From Capsulimonadales bacterium (GTDB lineage: Bacteria > Armatimonadota > Armatimonadia > Armatimonadales > Armatimonadaceae): DNA of 64,000 bases. The stretch is taken from contig JANRLW010000075.1 of NCBI GenBank assembly GCA_033762295.1, forward strand, positions 32,197 through 96,196. Reading direction: 5' to 3'. Within the stretch, counting starts at the first letter, position 1. Each line of letters starts with the position of its first letter. Positions 29,993 to 39,919 of the stretch are shown piece after piece. A program made the position numbers and the translations under genes. The notes beneath the pieces are model-generated. The model did no database searches and was not told the DNA's origin. It saw nothing but the letters and a program-made list of their open reading frames with translations.

Positions 29993-31090
29993 TCAGTAGC
30001 GGACGGGGTCGACCAGCAGGATGACCCGTGTCTGTTCCAGGAACCGGTCACGGTTGTTCGCCGCCAGAATCCGGTCGGCATCCTCCATCGAGATGACCGG
30101 GTTGAACCTGTGTCGGTCGGCGGTGCGGATGCCGCGGACGATCAGGGGATGGGCGCCCGCCCGGGCGGAGCGGATCGCCTCGCCCATGCTGCGAGGATAT
30201 GAAACGATGCCGGTGTCGATCGCGTACTCGGGAGTGACACGCACGGTGCCGTAGACCTCGCGACCGGTCGTATCGTAGATTTTGGGCGACATGATCGCTT
30301 CCACATTCAGCCCCCGGCAGTCGATCAGGACGGAGGTGAAGGGGCCGTTATCGGAGCGAGGGGTCAGCCCGGGCTCGACCGCCGAGTAGATGCGCCCCGA
30401 GCGAACCACCGGTGGGACGACCTTGATCGCCGGTTTCGCCGGTCCGCGGAAATTGCCGCTCACATCCGCTCCGGCGCCGCCCGCCGGTAAGGCGGACGCG
30501 ATACGCACGCCCGGCCCGGAGAAGGTCGAAGGGGCGGCCGCCGAAAACTCCTCGGTCTCCGTGCGGGGCGCCGTTCGGTTCTTCAGCACCTCCGGATAGA
30601 CGATCGATGCGACCGAACGCGGACCGTACAGCGGCAGTTCCATGACCACGACGGCGGTGCCATCGGCCTGCATCGCTTCCGAAACGACCCGTGGGGATTT
30701 CAGCAGCGCGGACAGGGAGGTGCGGACTTCATCCTTTTCCAGGACGTAATTTTTCACCTTGGTCTCGGCGGTGACCTGGATCGAGGAAACGGTCATGGCG
30801 AGAGTGCGCAGGGCGTCCGCGCGCGCGGCGCCGAGCGCCATCAGCTTCGCCTGGGCCGGAGTGCCGGCCACTCCTTCGGCGGGCGGCGCACCGTAGCCGG
30901 TCGCCTTGACCACGCCCGCCGAATAGTTGATCCGTCCCCGGCCGTTCGATACCGTATCCACCAGGGGGTCGTCCTGCCGCTCCTCCGCGCTAACCGCCAC
31001 CGGCGGGACCATCGGCAGCAACAGACCGGCAAGGACAAGCGCCAGCATTCGTCGGCGGGCAAAAACGAAAAAGGAGTGCTTGATAGGCAT
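29993..31090 (-). CDS. Secreted LPP20/FlgP-like domain protein
   Basis: Signal peptide; VVKATGYGAPP...ALGAARADALRTLA.TVSSIQV; C-terminal FTSVLIDCRGL...MSPKIYD..GREVYG. Confidence 0.7.
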   Translation of the reverse strand: MPIKHSFFVFARRRMLALVLAGLLLPMVPPVAVSAEERQDDPLVDTVSNGRGRINYSAGVVKATGYGAPPAEGVAGTPAQAKLMALGAARADALRTLAMTVSSIQVTAETKVKNYVLEKDEVRTSLSALLKSPRVVSEAMQADGTAVVVMELPLYGPRSVASIVYPEVLKNRTAPRTETEEFSAAAPSTFSGPGVRIASALPAGGAGADVSGNFRGPAKPAIKVVPPVVRSGRIYSAVEPGLTPRSDNGPFTSVLIDCRGLNVEAIMSPKIYDTTGREVYGTVRVTPEYAIDTGIVSYPRSMGEAIRSARAGAHPLIVRGIRTADRHRFNPVISMEDADRILAANNRDRFLEQTRVILLVDPVRY

Positions 31091-31216
31091 CGTGGTCCTT
31101 TCGCCGCAGTTTAGGCAGTTGTGGCGTTATGGGAAGTTGTTCCGTCTGGTAAGACTGTGCCGATCGGAGAACGCTTCAATTTTTCGGCGGCTCTCAGGTC
31201 CCGTCCGCTGCAAATT

Positions 31217-31256
31217 AAAAAAGAAAAGGCGGCGGCAGGGCTTCCCCCGCCACCGC
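31217..31256 (-). terminator. Intrinsic terminator of the DUF1559 gene
   Basis: GC-rich imperfect hairpin followed by a T-tract on the minus strand (aaaaaagaaaa on plus). Confidence 0.6.
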
Positions 31257-31289
31257 ACGGTCACGAATCGCTCCGGAACCGGTCGCCGG

Positions 31290-32093
31290 TCAGTTGCAGC
31301 CCGGACAGGCGCCGTCGTCGGCCAGTTTCGCCCCCCGGTAGAAACCGAAGTTATAGGCGTCCTCGGTCGTATTTGGGGTGCGCGTCGGACGCGACCACTT
31401 CGCATGACCATCTCCGAAGGTAAAGTTCGCCCCGCCGGAGTGGCGCGCCGGTCCGTAGAAGTCCCATCCCCGGCCCCCCTGGTTCCAGTAATACTCGCTT
31501 ACCTCGTCCCCGTTGGTGTCCTGGGTATTCCAGAAGTTCCAGGCGTACACGCCGTCTCCGATCAGCGCGATTTCCGCCGGACTCTGCATCCCCGCCTGCG
31601 CCATGCCGTCGGGCTCGACGCCGGACGCCGTTCCGTTCACCATACCCGTAAAGAACGGCTCGTTCAGTCCGTAACCGACTTCATAGTCGACCGGAACCCC
31701 TTCCGGGTTGGCGGCAGTTCCCGGCTTGCAGTACGAACGCCAGTAGGAAAACGGCGCTTTGAAGGCGTTGCTCGGACAGTTAAAGATCCCCGTATTCTTC
31801 ACATACGGCATCATCTTTTCCGGCCAGGCGATCCGGCCGAGAACACACTGGGTGTTCTCGGCCTGCCAGCGGTAGGGGAAAAACTTCTCATCGTAGTCCT
31901 GAACGTACATCATCAACGCGATGCCCATCTGCTTGGTGTTGGAAAGGCAGGAGGTCTGGCGGGCCTTCTCCCGGGCCTGAGCGAAGACGGGGAAAAGGAT
32001 CGCGGCCAGAATGGCGATGATAGCGATCACCACGAGCAGTTCGATCAACGTAAAACCGGGGGCGGGACGCCGGGTGCGGAGGTAGGTGGGCAT
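31290..32093 (-). CDS. DUF1559 / prepilin-type protein with H-X9-DG motif
   Basis: [42 protein letters not shown]...[24 protein letters not shown]. Confidence 0.95.
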   Translation of the reverse strand: MPTYLRTRRPAPGFTLIELLVVIAIIAILAAILFPVFAQAREKARQTSCLSNTKQMGIALMMYVQDYDEKFFPYRWQAENTQCVLGRIAWPEKMMPYVKNTGIFNCPSNAFKAPFSYWRSYCKPGTAANPEGVPVDYEVGYGLNEPFFTGMVNGTASGVEPDGMAQAGMQSPAEIALIGDGVYAWNFWNTQDTNGDEVSEYYWNQGGRGWDFYGPARHSGGANFTFGDGHAKWSRPTRTPNTTEDAYNFGFYRGAKLADDGACPGCN

Positions 32094-32224
32094 GAAACGA
32101 TAAAACCTTTCCGAAAGGAGGGAGTGAGATACCGTGAGAAAAGGCTCACGACTTTGTGTGCCATTAGTATATACTTAAAAAACGATAATATCAATACATA
32201 TGTATGCTTTTTTTATACAGGTAT

Positions 32225-32842
32225 CTATGTCCCCTCCTCTGCCGGAGGAGCCACCACGGGACGATCCCACCCGTTGAGAAACGCGAAAGAGGCGATCGGA
32301 TGGCGTTTTCGAGGAGCGGTCTCGCCCTCACGGTACTCCTCCGGCAGCGATTCGGGGGCGCCCGGGTAGCCCAGGGCGATCGCCGCCATCGGCTCGTAGT
32401 CCTCGGGAAGGGAGAACGCCGATCGGACCTTCTCGGGCGAAAACCCCGCCATCTGATGGATTTGCAGGCCCAGGGCGGTCGCCTGAAGCGCGAGAGCGGC
32501 GGTTGCCTGCCCGGTGTCGTAAGCGGCGTGCGCATTCGGCATGCCATTACGCGCGAACGTCTTTTTCGCCACGCTGACCATCAGGACCGGCGCGGATTTC
32601 GCCCAGTTTTGATTGAACTCGACCAGGGTCTCCAGAAGACGGGCGAACGCTTCGGGTTCGTCCCGCGTCACGATCAGATAACGCCAGGGCTGCTCGTTGA
32701 AACAGGAGGCGCTCCACCGCGCGGCCTCCAGCAGCGAATGCAGTGTTTCCGGTTCCACCGGACGATGCGAGAAGGCGCGGGGACTCCAGCGATGCGAGAT
32801 CAGTTCATGGACCGGGTAGTCCGTCGGCGCGATTTTTTCCAT
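32225..32842 (-). CDS. Nitroreductase family protein
   Basis: RWSPRAF, AARWSASCFNEQPW, YDTGQA, HQMAGF, ALGYPG. Confidence 0.92.
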   Translation of the reverse strand: MEKIAPTDYPVHELISHRWSPRAFSHRPVEPETLHSLLEAARWSASCFNEQPWRYLIVTRDEPEAFARLLETLVEFNQNWAKSAPVLMVSVAKKTFARNGMPNAHAAYDTGQATAALALQATALGLQIHQMAGFSPEKVRSAFSLPEDYEPMAAIALGYPGAPESLPEEYREGETAPRKRHPIASFAFLNGWDRPVVAPPAEEGT

Positions 32843-32905
32843 TCGATGCCTCTTTCTCCGTTCGGGCGCAGCGATCCGCCCCGCCCGATGGTCCCTGCGG
32901 GACCG

Positions 32906-32921
32906 TGTTACAATAGACGAT
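32906..32921 (+). promoter_or_regulatory. Extended -10 promoter (TGtTACAAT) 7 nt before ATG; leaderless
   Basis: tgtTACAAT-agacgat-ATG. Confidence 0.65.
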
Positions 32922-34100
32922 ATGGCGACCAACGAAACGAGTTCCGAACGACCGGAACCGGAAGAGATTCCCTCGGTACGCACCGGGATCGATATTCTGC
33001 AACGAGACGAGTTCGCCCTGCTGCGCGGGTCACGGGTCGGACTGATTACCAACCTTACGGGCCTTTCTCGGATGGGAACGCCGACGATCGATCTGCTGCA
33101 TCAGGCGTCCGGCGTCCGCCTCACGGCCCTTTTCGGACCGGAGCACGGGATACGGGGCGCGGTCGATGAACCGGTGCCGGACGGTCACGACCCGCATACC
33201 GGACTGCCGATCCATTCCCTGTACGGCCAGCGGACCGAACCGACCCCCGAACAGTTGTCCGACATCGATACCCTGGTCTTCGATATCCAGGACATCGGCT
33301 GCCGGTTTTACACCTACATCTCCACCCTCGGGCATTGTCTGCTCGCCGCCGCGCGGCATCGACTGCGGGTGGTCGTTCCGGATCGCCCGAACCCGATCAA
33401 CGGGGTCGGCGTCGAGGGGCCGTTGCCCGACGAAACGCGTCTTTCATTTACCGCGTTCCATCCGATCCCGATCCGGCACGGAATGACCGTCGGCGAACTC
33501 GCCCTCCTGATGAATGCGGAACGGGACCTGAAGGTGGACCTGGTCGTCGTCAAGTGCGAGGGCTGGAAACGAAGCGACTGGTGGGACGCGACAGGACTGA
33601 CCTGGGTGAATCCGTCCCCGAATATGCGTTCGCTGACCCAGGCGACCCTCTATCCCGGAGTCGGGCTGCTGGAGTTTACCAATATCAGCGTCGGGCGCGG
33701 CACGGACACGCCGTTCGAACTGATCGGCGCGCCATTTATCGACGGACGCGCCCTGGCGTATATGCTGAACGCCCGTAACCTGCCGGGGATTCGATTCATC
33801 CCGGTGCGCTTTGTCCCGCGCGCCTCAGTCCATGCCGGAGAGGTTTGCGGCGGGGTTCAACTGCTGGTCACCGACCGAAACCGCTTCCTGCCGGTTCGCA
33901 CCGGTATGGAGATCGCGCTTTCGCTCCGCGCCCTCTACCTGGAGGAGTGGCAGGCCAGCAAATACATGACCCTGCTGGCGCATCGTCAGACGATGGACGG
34001 TCTGCTGGCCGGACAGGATTACGCCGCCATCGCGCGGCGATTCGCCCCGGACCTGAAGGGCTTCCTGCAGGCCCGTTCGCATTTCCTGCTCTACGAGTAA
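32922..34100 (+). CDS. namZ: Exo-beta-N-acetylmuramidase (DUF1343)
   Basis: VGLITN.TG, LFGPEHGIRG, FDIQDIGCRFYTY, DRPNP, HGMTVGELA, PSPNM, EFTNISVGRGT. Confidence 0.9.
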   Translation: MATNETSSERPEPEEIPSVRTGIDILQRDEFALLRGSRVGLITNLTGLSRMGTPTIDLLHQASGVRLTALFGPEHGIRGAVDEPVPDGHDPHTGLPIHSLYGQRTEPTPEQLSDIDTLVFDIQDIGCRFYTYISTLGHCLLAAARHRLRVVVPDRPNPINGVGVEGPLPDETRLSFTAFHPIPIRHGMTVGELALLMNAERDLKVDLVVVKCEGWKRSDWWDATGLTWVNPSPNMRSLTQATLYPGVGLLEFTNISVGRGTDTPFELIGAPFIDGRALAYMLNARNLPGIRFIPVRFVPRASVHAGEVCGGVQLLVTDRNRFLPVRTGMEIALSLRALYLEEWQASKYMTLLAHRQTMDGLLAGQDYAAIARRFAPDLKGFLQARSHFLLYE

Positions 34101-34118
34101 TAAGGCAATAAGGTCGGT

Positions 34119-34144
34119 CCTCCCTCCGGTGGGCCGGAGGGAGG
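34119..34144. terminator. Hairpin between convergent genes
   Basis: cctccctccgg-tggg-ccggagggagg 11-bp perfect stem. Confidence 0.55.
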
Positions 34145-34165
34145 GGACGAAAGCAACCGGACGGG

Positions 34166-35959
34166 TCAGACGGCGGTCCGGGTCAGCTCTTTCAACTGGG
34201 CCGGATCGGTGATCGGGTCGAGCCGGCGCAGGCCGATGTTGATATAGGCTACCGGAAGCGAGGTCGTGTCGTAACCGAGTTCGCTGATATGATGCGCGTC
34301 GTCCTCGTCGGACGGATCGAGCGGCTGTACGAACCGTTCGAAACGGTACGCCGACTGCGCGGCCGCCAGAAGCTCGTTCGTTTTCGCGTCACCGGCCTTG
34401 CCGAGCACATGCACGATCATCGGCGGCAGGATCGCACGTTCGGCGGCCAGGGCGAAGCTGGCTCCGAAGAAGCCGAGGTTCTGCAGGGCGGGAAGAAATG
34501 CCTGCAGAATACGCTGGGCTAACCGGGCATGCTCCTCCTCGCCGGTGGCGAGGAACAGACGGAGCAGGTTTTCCGCCATATGCAGATTGTCCGCCGGATC
34601 CTTCGCCGGGACTTTCAGGTTCCCGATGGCGCTCGGACTGATGACACCGTCGTACAGACCGCCGCCGCGCGGGTCCTCCAGGTGACCCCGGACCCAGTTG
34701 GCGATCTCTTCGGCCTGATCCAGGTAGCGAACTCCCTGCCCGGCCTCGTAGAGGTCGAGACAGGCGGCGCAGACATCCGCGGAATCGCCGAGCAGCCCGG
34801 TCGGAACGCGCCCCGCGAACGTTTCTCCCGTCTCCGGATCGGTGTCCGGCAGGAAGTGATCGATCGCTCCGTCCGATCCGACCAGATCGGTCAGCAGGGC
34901 GTCCAGACCGCGCCGCGCGATCGGAAGGCTGGCGGTATCGCCGGTCGCCTGCCACCAGGCGACGTGCGCCCGCACGGCCAGGGCGTTCGGACCGGCATAG
35001 ACCGTTCCATCGACGGTCGGCGGGTTCCACTCCGCTCGCTCCTCGACCGGCTGGGCGTAGTACTCGGCATCGGCGTACTGAGAACCGCCCCAGGTGCCCG
35101 GCTCGCTATCGTAGAGCGAATTCTGCAGATACCCCAAAGTCTTCTCCGCGACCTCCTTCCACCGCTCGTCGCCGGTCACCTGAAAGGCGCGGGCGTAGAT
35201 ACGGGCGATGGTGGCAGAGTCCTCCAGCAGTTTCTCCACCTGGGGATCGCGCCAGTCCGGGGTCTGCGTGTAGCGGAAGAAGCCGCCGCTGACCTGGTCG
35301 TGCAGTCCTCCCTCGGCCATGCCGGTCAGGGTGCGGTCCAGGATCAGACGGAGGTCGGCGTCCGGTTCGCCTTCCAGCATCGTACGGGCATACTGCGACA
35401 GCACCAGTTCGATCGCGTCCACGTGCGGGAATTTGCTGCTCGCATGACCGAATCCGCCGAATGCGAAGTCGAAGTTGTGCTTGATGCCCAGAAGAATGCC
35501 GTGCGGCAGGTCCGGCGTAATCTCCAGGGAGGTATTGAGCGGCGGCGGCGTGTTCTGCTGGCGGATCTGTTCGCGTAGCTGGCTGACATGCTGGGCGACC
35601 CCCGCCTTATTATTGTCGTACTGGTTCTTGATCTGCGGAAGGAGCTGCGCCATCTGATCGGCGGGCAGGAAGGTGCCGCCCCAGAGCACGTCGCCTTCGG
35701 GCGTCAGAATACAGGTCGAGGGCCAACCGCCCTGGCCATAGCGGGTGTTGATATCGGGACGTTTATCGGTATCGACGCGAACCGCGACGAAGTTTTCCGT
35801 CGCGTACTGGGCGATCGCCTCATTGCCGTACGTTTGTTCGTCCATCGTGGCGCAGAACTGGCACCAGGGCGCGGTCAGGGAGAGGAGGACGGGTTTGTTC
35901 TGACGCTGGGCCTCGGCGAAAGCCTCATCGCTCCAGGGCCGCCATTTGATTTCGGTCAT
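34166..35959 (-). CDS. Thioredoxin-domain + alpha/alpha-barrel protein (DUF255/YyaL/SPATA20-like)
   Basis: WRPWSDEAF...KPVLL...WCQFCATM, VDTDKRPDI, GGWPST, GGFG...KFP, GGFFRY, EKLLED. Confidence 0.9.
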   Translation of the reverse strand: MTEIKWRPWSDEAFAEAQRQNKPVLLSLTAPWCQFCATMDEQTYGNEAIAQYATENFVAVRVDTDKRPDINTRYGQGGWPSTCILTPEGDVLWGGTFLPADQMAQLLPQIKNQYDNNKAGVAQHVSQLREQIRQQNTPPPLNTSLEITPDLPHGILLGIKHNFDFAFGGFGHASSKFPHVDAIELVLSQYARTMLEGEPDADLRLILDRTLTGMAEGGLHDQVSGGFFRYTQTPDWRDPQVEKLLEDSATIARIYARAFQVTGDERWKEVAEKTLGYLQNSLYDSEPGTWGGSQYADAEYYAQPVEERAEWNPPTVDGTVYAGPNALAVRAHVAWWQATGDTASLPIARRGLDALLTDLVGSDGAIDHFLPDTDPETGETFAGRVPTGLLGDSADVCAACLDLYEAGQGVRYLDQAEEIANWVRGHLEDPRGGGLYDGVISPSAIGNLKVPAKDPADNLHMAENLLRLFLATGEEEHARLAQRILQAFLPALQNLGFFGASFALAAERAILPPMIVHVLGKAGDAKTNELLAAAQSAYRFERFVQPLDPSDEDDAHHISELGYDTTSLPVAYINIGLRRLDPITDPAQLKELTRTAV

Positions 35960-36081
35960 GGTATTGTGTTCCGTTCGGGAATTGGTAAATCGGTTCCTTA
36001 TTCGGGGACAGGGCAGGAGCGCAACGCGCCGCACTACCCCCGGCAGTATACAACGGCGGCAGGGAGCAGGGCAAGAGCAAC

Positions 36082-36107
36082 AAAAAGAGCGGGGAAACCC
36101 CCGCTCT
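36082..36107 (-). terminator. Intrinsic terminator of the NlpC/P60 gene
   Basis: agagcgggg/ccccgctct stem with T-tract on the minus strand. Confidence 0.7.
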
Positions 36108-36132
36108 CCGGCAAAAAACCACGACGGCGCGT

Positions 36133-37440
36133 TTAACGGACGCGACGTGCGCCCGCATAATGCCGTGCGTAGTAGGAGGCGTTCAGGTCACTGACCGTGA
36201 CACCCGTTCGTCGGCTGGACGCATGAATGAACCGATCGTTCCCGATGTAGATACCGACATGGGAGATTCCGCGCTTATAGGTGTTCTTGAAGAAGACCAG
36301 ATCACCCGCCTGCAGATCGTGCCGGGCGACCGGCGTCCCTTTGTGGTACTGTTCGGCGGCGGTGCGCGGCAGGCTCGTCCCGTTTCGGGTGAGAATATGC
36401 CGGGTGAAGGCGGAACAGTCGAACGCGCCGTAACGGCCGGTCGCGCCCAGACGATACGGTGCGCCACGGTAGGCGAGCGCGGAACGGACGATACGTTCGC
36501 TGCGCAGGACCGTCGCCGGATCGACCGTGTCCGCTGCGCCCGACTCCTCGACCGGCATCACATCCGCTTCGGTATTTTCGGCGGTCAGCGTCTCGGTATC
36601 GCCGACGACCGGCTCCGACTGAAGCATCTCCGGCGGCAGATCCGCCTCGACCGTCACCTCCTCCGGAGGGGTCCGCTCGGAGGAAGCGGAACCTTCCGTT
36701 CGCTCGACCGGACGGGGTGGTTCGGTTTTGGCGAGGGGACGGAGCGTAACCGAGCGAACGAAGGGCAGTCGGGCGGCCGCAATCACCTCCGGAGAGGGCG
36801 CGGTCGGCCGGGCGGAAGGAACCGGGGCAGCCTTCGGTTTCGTTCCGGGCGAATCATGCAGAGCGACGCGCTTCGAGGGTCGGGGGGTCGGACGTTTGCT
36901 GGCGACCCGTTTGCCGCTCCGGTCGGCATCGCCGGACGTCTTTCGGCTCTTGTTCCGGCTCGAACGGGACTTTTCCTCGGAGACGGCGGATTTTTTGGAA
37001 ACGGTGAGAAGGTCGGCGCGAACCCAGCCTTCGGTGCCGGAGGCGAGACGCAATTTGAGCCAGCCGTCGCGGCGTTCCAGCACCCGCGCCTTGCGCCCGG
37101 CATCCAGAAGGCCCGTCGCTTTGCTCTTCCGGTTCGGACCGGAGCGAAGAAAGGCGGTCTCGACCCGGACATGGGCGGCGCGGACCGAACGGCCCTGCGG
37201 ACGGTTTTGAGATCGGCTATGGGAACGGCTATGGGAACGGCTCTTCCGACGGGGGGAAGCGGCAGCGGAACTGCCGGAGAGAACCGGGTGAATCACTCCA
37301 AAAACGACCAGGCCGGACAGGGCGGCGGCGGTCAGCCTGCGGAGCAGGGAGGAACGAAACGTCCCCCGGACACGCAGAAACGGCAAAGCGACACATCCTT
37401 CCCGGGCTTCGCGGCCCGTAGTGTTTGTCTGCATCGGCAA
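36133..37440 (-). CDS. SH3b + NlpC/P60 (C40) peptidoglycan endopeptidase
   Basis: LRSGP...GWVRADLL SH3; FDCSAF, LPRTAAEQ, GDLVFF, SHVGIYIG..FIHAS; exact start uncertain. Confidence 0.92.
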   Translation of the reverse strand: MPMQTNTTGREAREGCVALPFLRVRGTFRSSLLRRLTAAALSGLVVFGVIHPVLSGSSAAASPRRKSRSHSRSHSRSQNRPQGRSVRAAHVRVETAFLRSGPNRKSKATGLLDAGRKARVLERRDGWLKLRLASGTEGWVRADLLTVSKKSAVSEEKSRSSRNKSRKTSGDADRSGKRVASKRPTPRPSKRVALHDSPGTKPKAAPVPSARPTAPSPEVIAAARLPFVRSVTLRPLAKTEPPRPVERTEGSASSERTPPEEVTVEADLPPEMLQSEPVVGDTETLTAENTEADVMPVEESGAADTVDPATVLRSERIVRSALAYRGAPYRLGATGRYGAFDCSAFTRHILTRNGTSLPRTAAEQYHKGTPVARHDLQAGDLVFFKNTYKRGISHVGIYIGNDRFIHASSRRTGVTVSDLNASYYARHYAGARRVR

Positions 37441-37552
37441 GGGTCACAACCGGGCGACCGGAAAACACGATGCATAATCGTCGGCGGATTCACCGACCGA
37501 GACACGGCATTGCCGGACGAGAAACGGGAGCAGCCTGGCAACGCACGGATTC

Positions 37553-37581
37553 AGTTTAGCAGAATTAAAGTTTTGCGTCAA
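37553..37581 (-). promoter_or_regulatory. Sigma70-type promoter for the NlpC/P60 gene
   Basis: Minus strand TTGACG-N17-TAAACT with extended TG. Confidence 0.65.
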
Positions 37582-37753
37582 TGCGAAAACGACGCCCGAT
37601 AAAACAAATTTACTGAAAATGTTCCGTATTTTTTATCGGTTCCCAGGTTCCATGGACGGTTTCATAAACCCGGACGCCGTATTTCAGTACCTTCATCGTC
37701 GGTTATATACAGACAAAAATATAGTTTATTTAACGAGAAAACGCCGATTTCCA

Positions 37754-37788
37754 GCGAAACCGCCGAGCCACTTGCCCCGTCTTGCGCC
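37754..37788 (+). promoter_or_regulatory. Putative ECF sigma promoter (copy 1)
   Basis: GCGAAACC-N15-CCGTCTTGCGCC; matches 58483-58517. Confidence 0.6.
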
Positions 37789-37827
37789 AGGGGAATCTTC
37801 CCTCCTGACGAAGGAAATGAGGATGGT

Positions 37828-38454
37828 ATGGACACAGGGACGACGAGAACGATGGGGACGACGGAGACCGGTTCCACCGGTGCGGGCCTGGAAACGGTGA
37901 CCGAGACCATTCGGGGCGGAGTGATCGGCGTTCCCCCCGAGGCGGCCATCGGCGCGATCATCCGCTGGGAAAATACGCTGGTTTCGGCTGGAGACGCCGA
38001 TCTGCAGGCGATCGCCACCGACCTGGCGACCCTGCGCGGCGCGCTGACCGCCGACTCGCTCGATGGGGTGACCATCGGGGAGGTTCTGCTCTCTCTGGGA
38101 AATCGGGTTCAAAATGCGGCAGGCAACCTCGACGGCGCTCTGCTCGGGCAGTTGATGGAACTCGGCGATGCGCTGAATCAGGAAGGGGCGCGACTGCGCG
38201 GCGATGCGCCCGAAAGCGACAACGGAGCCGGAATGAGTGGGCGGGACCTGACCGGAGAAACCCGTGGCCCTGAGGTGGGAGGAACCAGCCTGACCACCGG
38301 AGCGAGTTTCACCGGCGGCAGCGCCACCATGGATCGCGCCGGGGACTTCGATGCGGATGCGACCGACGTTACCGACACATCCGGTGACTCAAATGATCGA
38401 TCGGAGGACCGATCGGATTTCGCGGCGACCGGTCGCTCGGGCGGCGGTATTTGA
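37828..38454 (+). CDS. Hypothetical acidic protein (helical domain + D/G/T/S-rich tail)
   Basis: 208 aa open frame, GAGG RBS, upstream ECF-like promoter. Confidence 0.7.
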   Translation: MDTGTTRTMGTTETGSTGAGLETVTETIRGGVIGVPPEAAIGAIIRWENTLVSAGDADLQAIATDLATLRGALTADSLDGVTIGEVLLSLGNRVQNAAGNLDGALLGQLMELGDALNQEGARLRGDAPESDNGAGMSGRDLTGETRGPEVGGTSLTTGASFTGGSATMDRAGDFDADATDVTDTSGDSNDRSEDRSDFAATGRSGGGI

Positions 38455-38476
38455 CGGTCGGGGGCGGTCGACGGGG

Positions 38477-39919
38477 TCAGGGCATCGGTGACGGCACGGC
38501 CTCGGTCGCCGGCTGTGAGAAGACGGTGACCGGGTGCGTGGTGAGCAGACGGCGCGCCAGTTCGTTGACATCCTCCGGAGTCACGGCCTCCAGATACCGA
38601 TCGAAATCCGTCGCGAACGCCGCCCCCAACCCCATCACTTCGCACCATCCGGCGTAAAAGGCGCGATCTCGCACTCTTTCAGCATCTCGCAGACGCCGGA
38701 TGCGACAGTAGGTACGGGCGCGCTCCAGTTCCGGCTCCGTGACCGGTCGTTGACCGCTCATCAGCATCGCCAGTTCCGCTCCGACGGCTGCCCGGCAGGT
38801 CTCCCGGTCCCGATCCCCCGTGACATAGACGCACCAGAGACTGGCGCCGCGTCCCGGCTGCAGCGTGGTCCGGATGTCGTAGCCGATCGGGTTCATATCG
38901 CGCAGGCTGCGGAAGAGCCGCGCGGATTTTCCGCCGCCGAGAACGGCGTCGAGCAGCAAGAGAGTCGCGTACCGTTTTCGGTTTACTGCCTCGGACCCGC
39001 CCTGCGCCAGACCGGGAGCGAGCCACCCGGTCAGAAAGAGGGTCGAGGCGGCCTGACGTTCCGCTCCCAGATCGCGCAGACCCGCCGGAATACGGCTTAC
39101 CGAAATGTCGGGGACCGGAGGCGCGGTCGGCCCGCGGTTCCAGTCGCCCGCCCCGAAACTCGCCTCCGCCAGACGCCGCATCCGATCGGGGTCGACCTTT
39201 CCGGCCACGGCCACCACACAGCGGTTCGGTCGGAAAAGTCGCCGGTAGTAGGCGTCGAGCGTTTCCGCCCGGATTCCGACAAGACGTTCCGGCACGCCGG
39301 CGGCGGAGATGCCGTAGGGAGACCCGCCGAACGCCCGTCGGCGAAGGATCTCCAGGGCCGATGTCAGCAGGTCGTCCTGTTCCAAAGAGAGGGAGCGTTC
39401 CTGCTCCTGTCGCGCCTGGGTGACCGCCTCCGGGGTGAAAAGCGGATTGGTCACCAGGTTGACGAGGACCGTCCGAAAGCTTTCACGAACCGCGTCGGAG
39501 TCGTTGTCGCTGATTCCCCAGATCTCCACCCAGTCCTCGCTGTATTCGGTGCCGACACTGCCGACACGGGCGATATCGTTCTGAAGCAGTGGGGCGGTGC
39601 GGAACGCCGAAGCGTTCCCCCAGGTCCGACAGAGCAGTGCGTTGATTCCGGGATGGTTCCGCTCGTCGGCTCGCCCGATGTTGAAAAACACGTTGACGGA
39701 TACGGTGTCGGCGGTCGGGTCGGGAAGGACGATCAGGCGGACGCCGTTGTTCAGCACCTGGACCGTCGCCGGGACCGGGGCGGCGGGAGCCGTCGTGTTC
39801 GTAGCGGCCGGTTCCCGCACCGGTGCAGGCACCGGTTCCTGCGCCGGTAGCGGTCGGGGGGTAAGGGCGATCCCTCCGGCCACGAAGAGGAAAAGGAGCG
39901 AACGGGCGAAACCGGTCAT
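38477..39919 (-). CDS. M16 family peptidase, non-catalytic subunit
   Basis: LNNGVRLIV; lacks HxxEH; LDAVLGGGKSARLF; VTPEDVNELARR; ATGA overlap with upstream gene. Confidence 0.85.
   Translation of the reverse strand: MTGFARSLLFLFVAGGIALTPRPLPAQEPVPAPVREPAATNTTAPAAPVPATVQVLNNGVRLIVLPDPTADTVSVNVFFNIGRADERNHPGINALLCRTWGNASAFRTAPLLQNDIARVGSVGTEYSEDWVEIWGISDNDSDAVRESFRTVLVNLVTNPLFTPEAVTQARQEQERSLSLEQDDLLTSALEILRRRAFGGSPYGISAAGVPERLVGIRAETLDAYYRRLFRPNRCVVAVAGKVDPDRMRRLAEASFGAGDWNRGPTAPPVPDISVSRIPAGLRDLGAERQAASTLFLTGWLAPGLAQGGSEAVNRKRYATLLLLDAVLGGGKSARLFRSLRDMNPIGYDIRTTLQPGRGASLWCVYVTGDRDRETCRAAVGAELAMLMSGQRPVTEPELERARTYCRIRRLRDAERVRDRAFYAGWCEVMGLGAAFATDFDRYLEAVTPEDVNELARRLLTTHPVTVFSQPATEAVPSPMP

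Noticed and set aside
30927..32369. 480-aa plus-strand ORF
   Set aside because: Antisense to the DUF1559 gene and spans intergenic and terminator sequence; no protein-like features
37441..37560. c-di-AMP (ydaO) riboswitch upstream of NlpC/P60 (CTGAATCC seen on minus strand)
   Set aside because: The other conserved blocks (GGAACC, CAGCTAAC) are absent and the match overlaps a predicted -10 box
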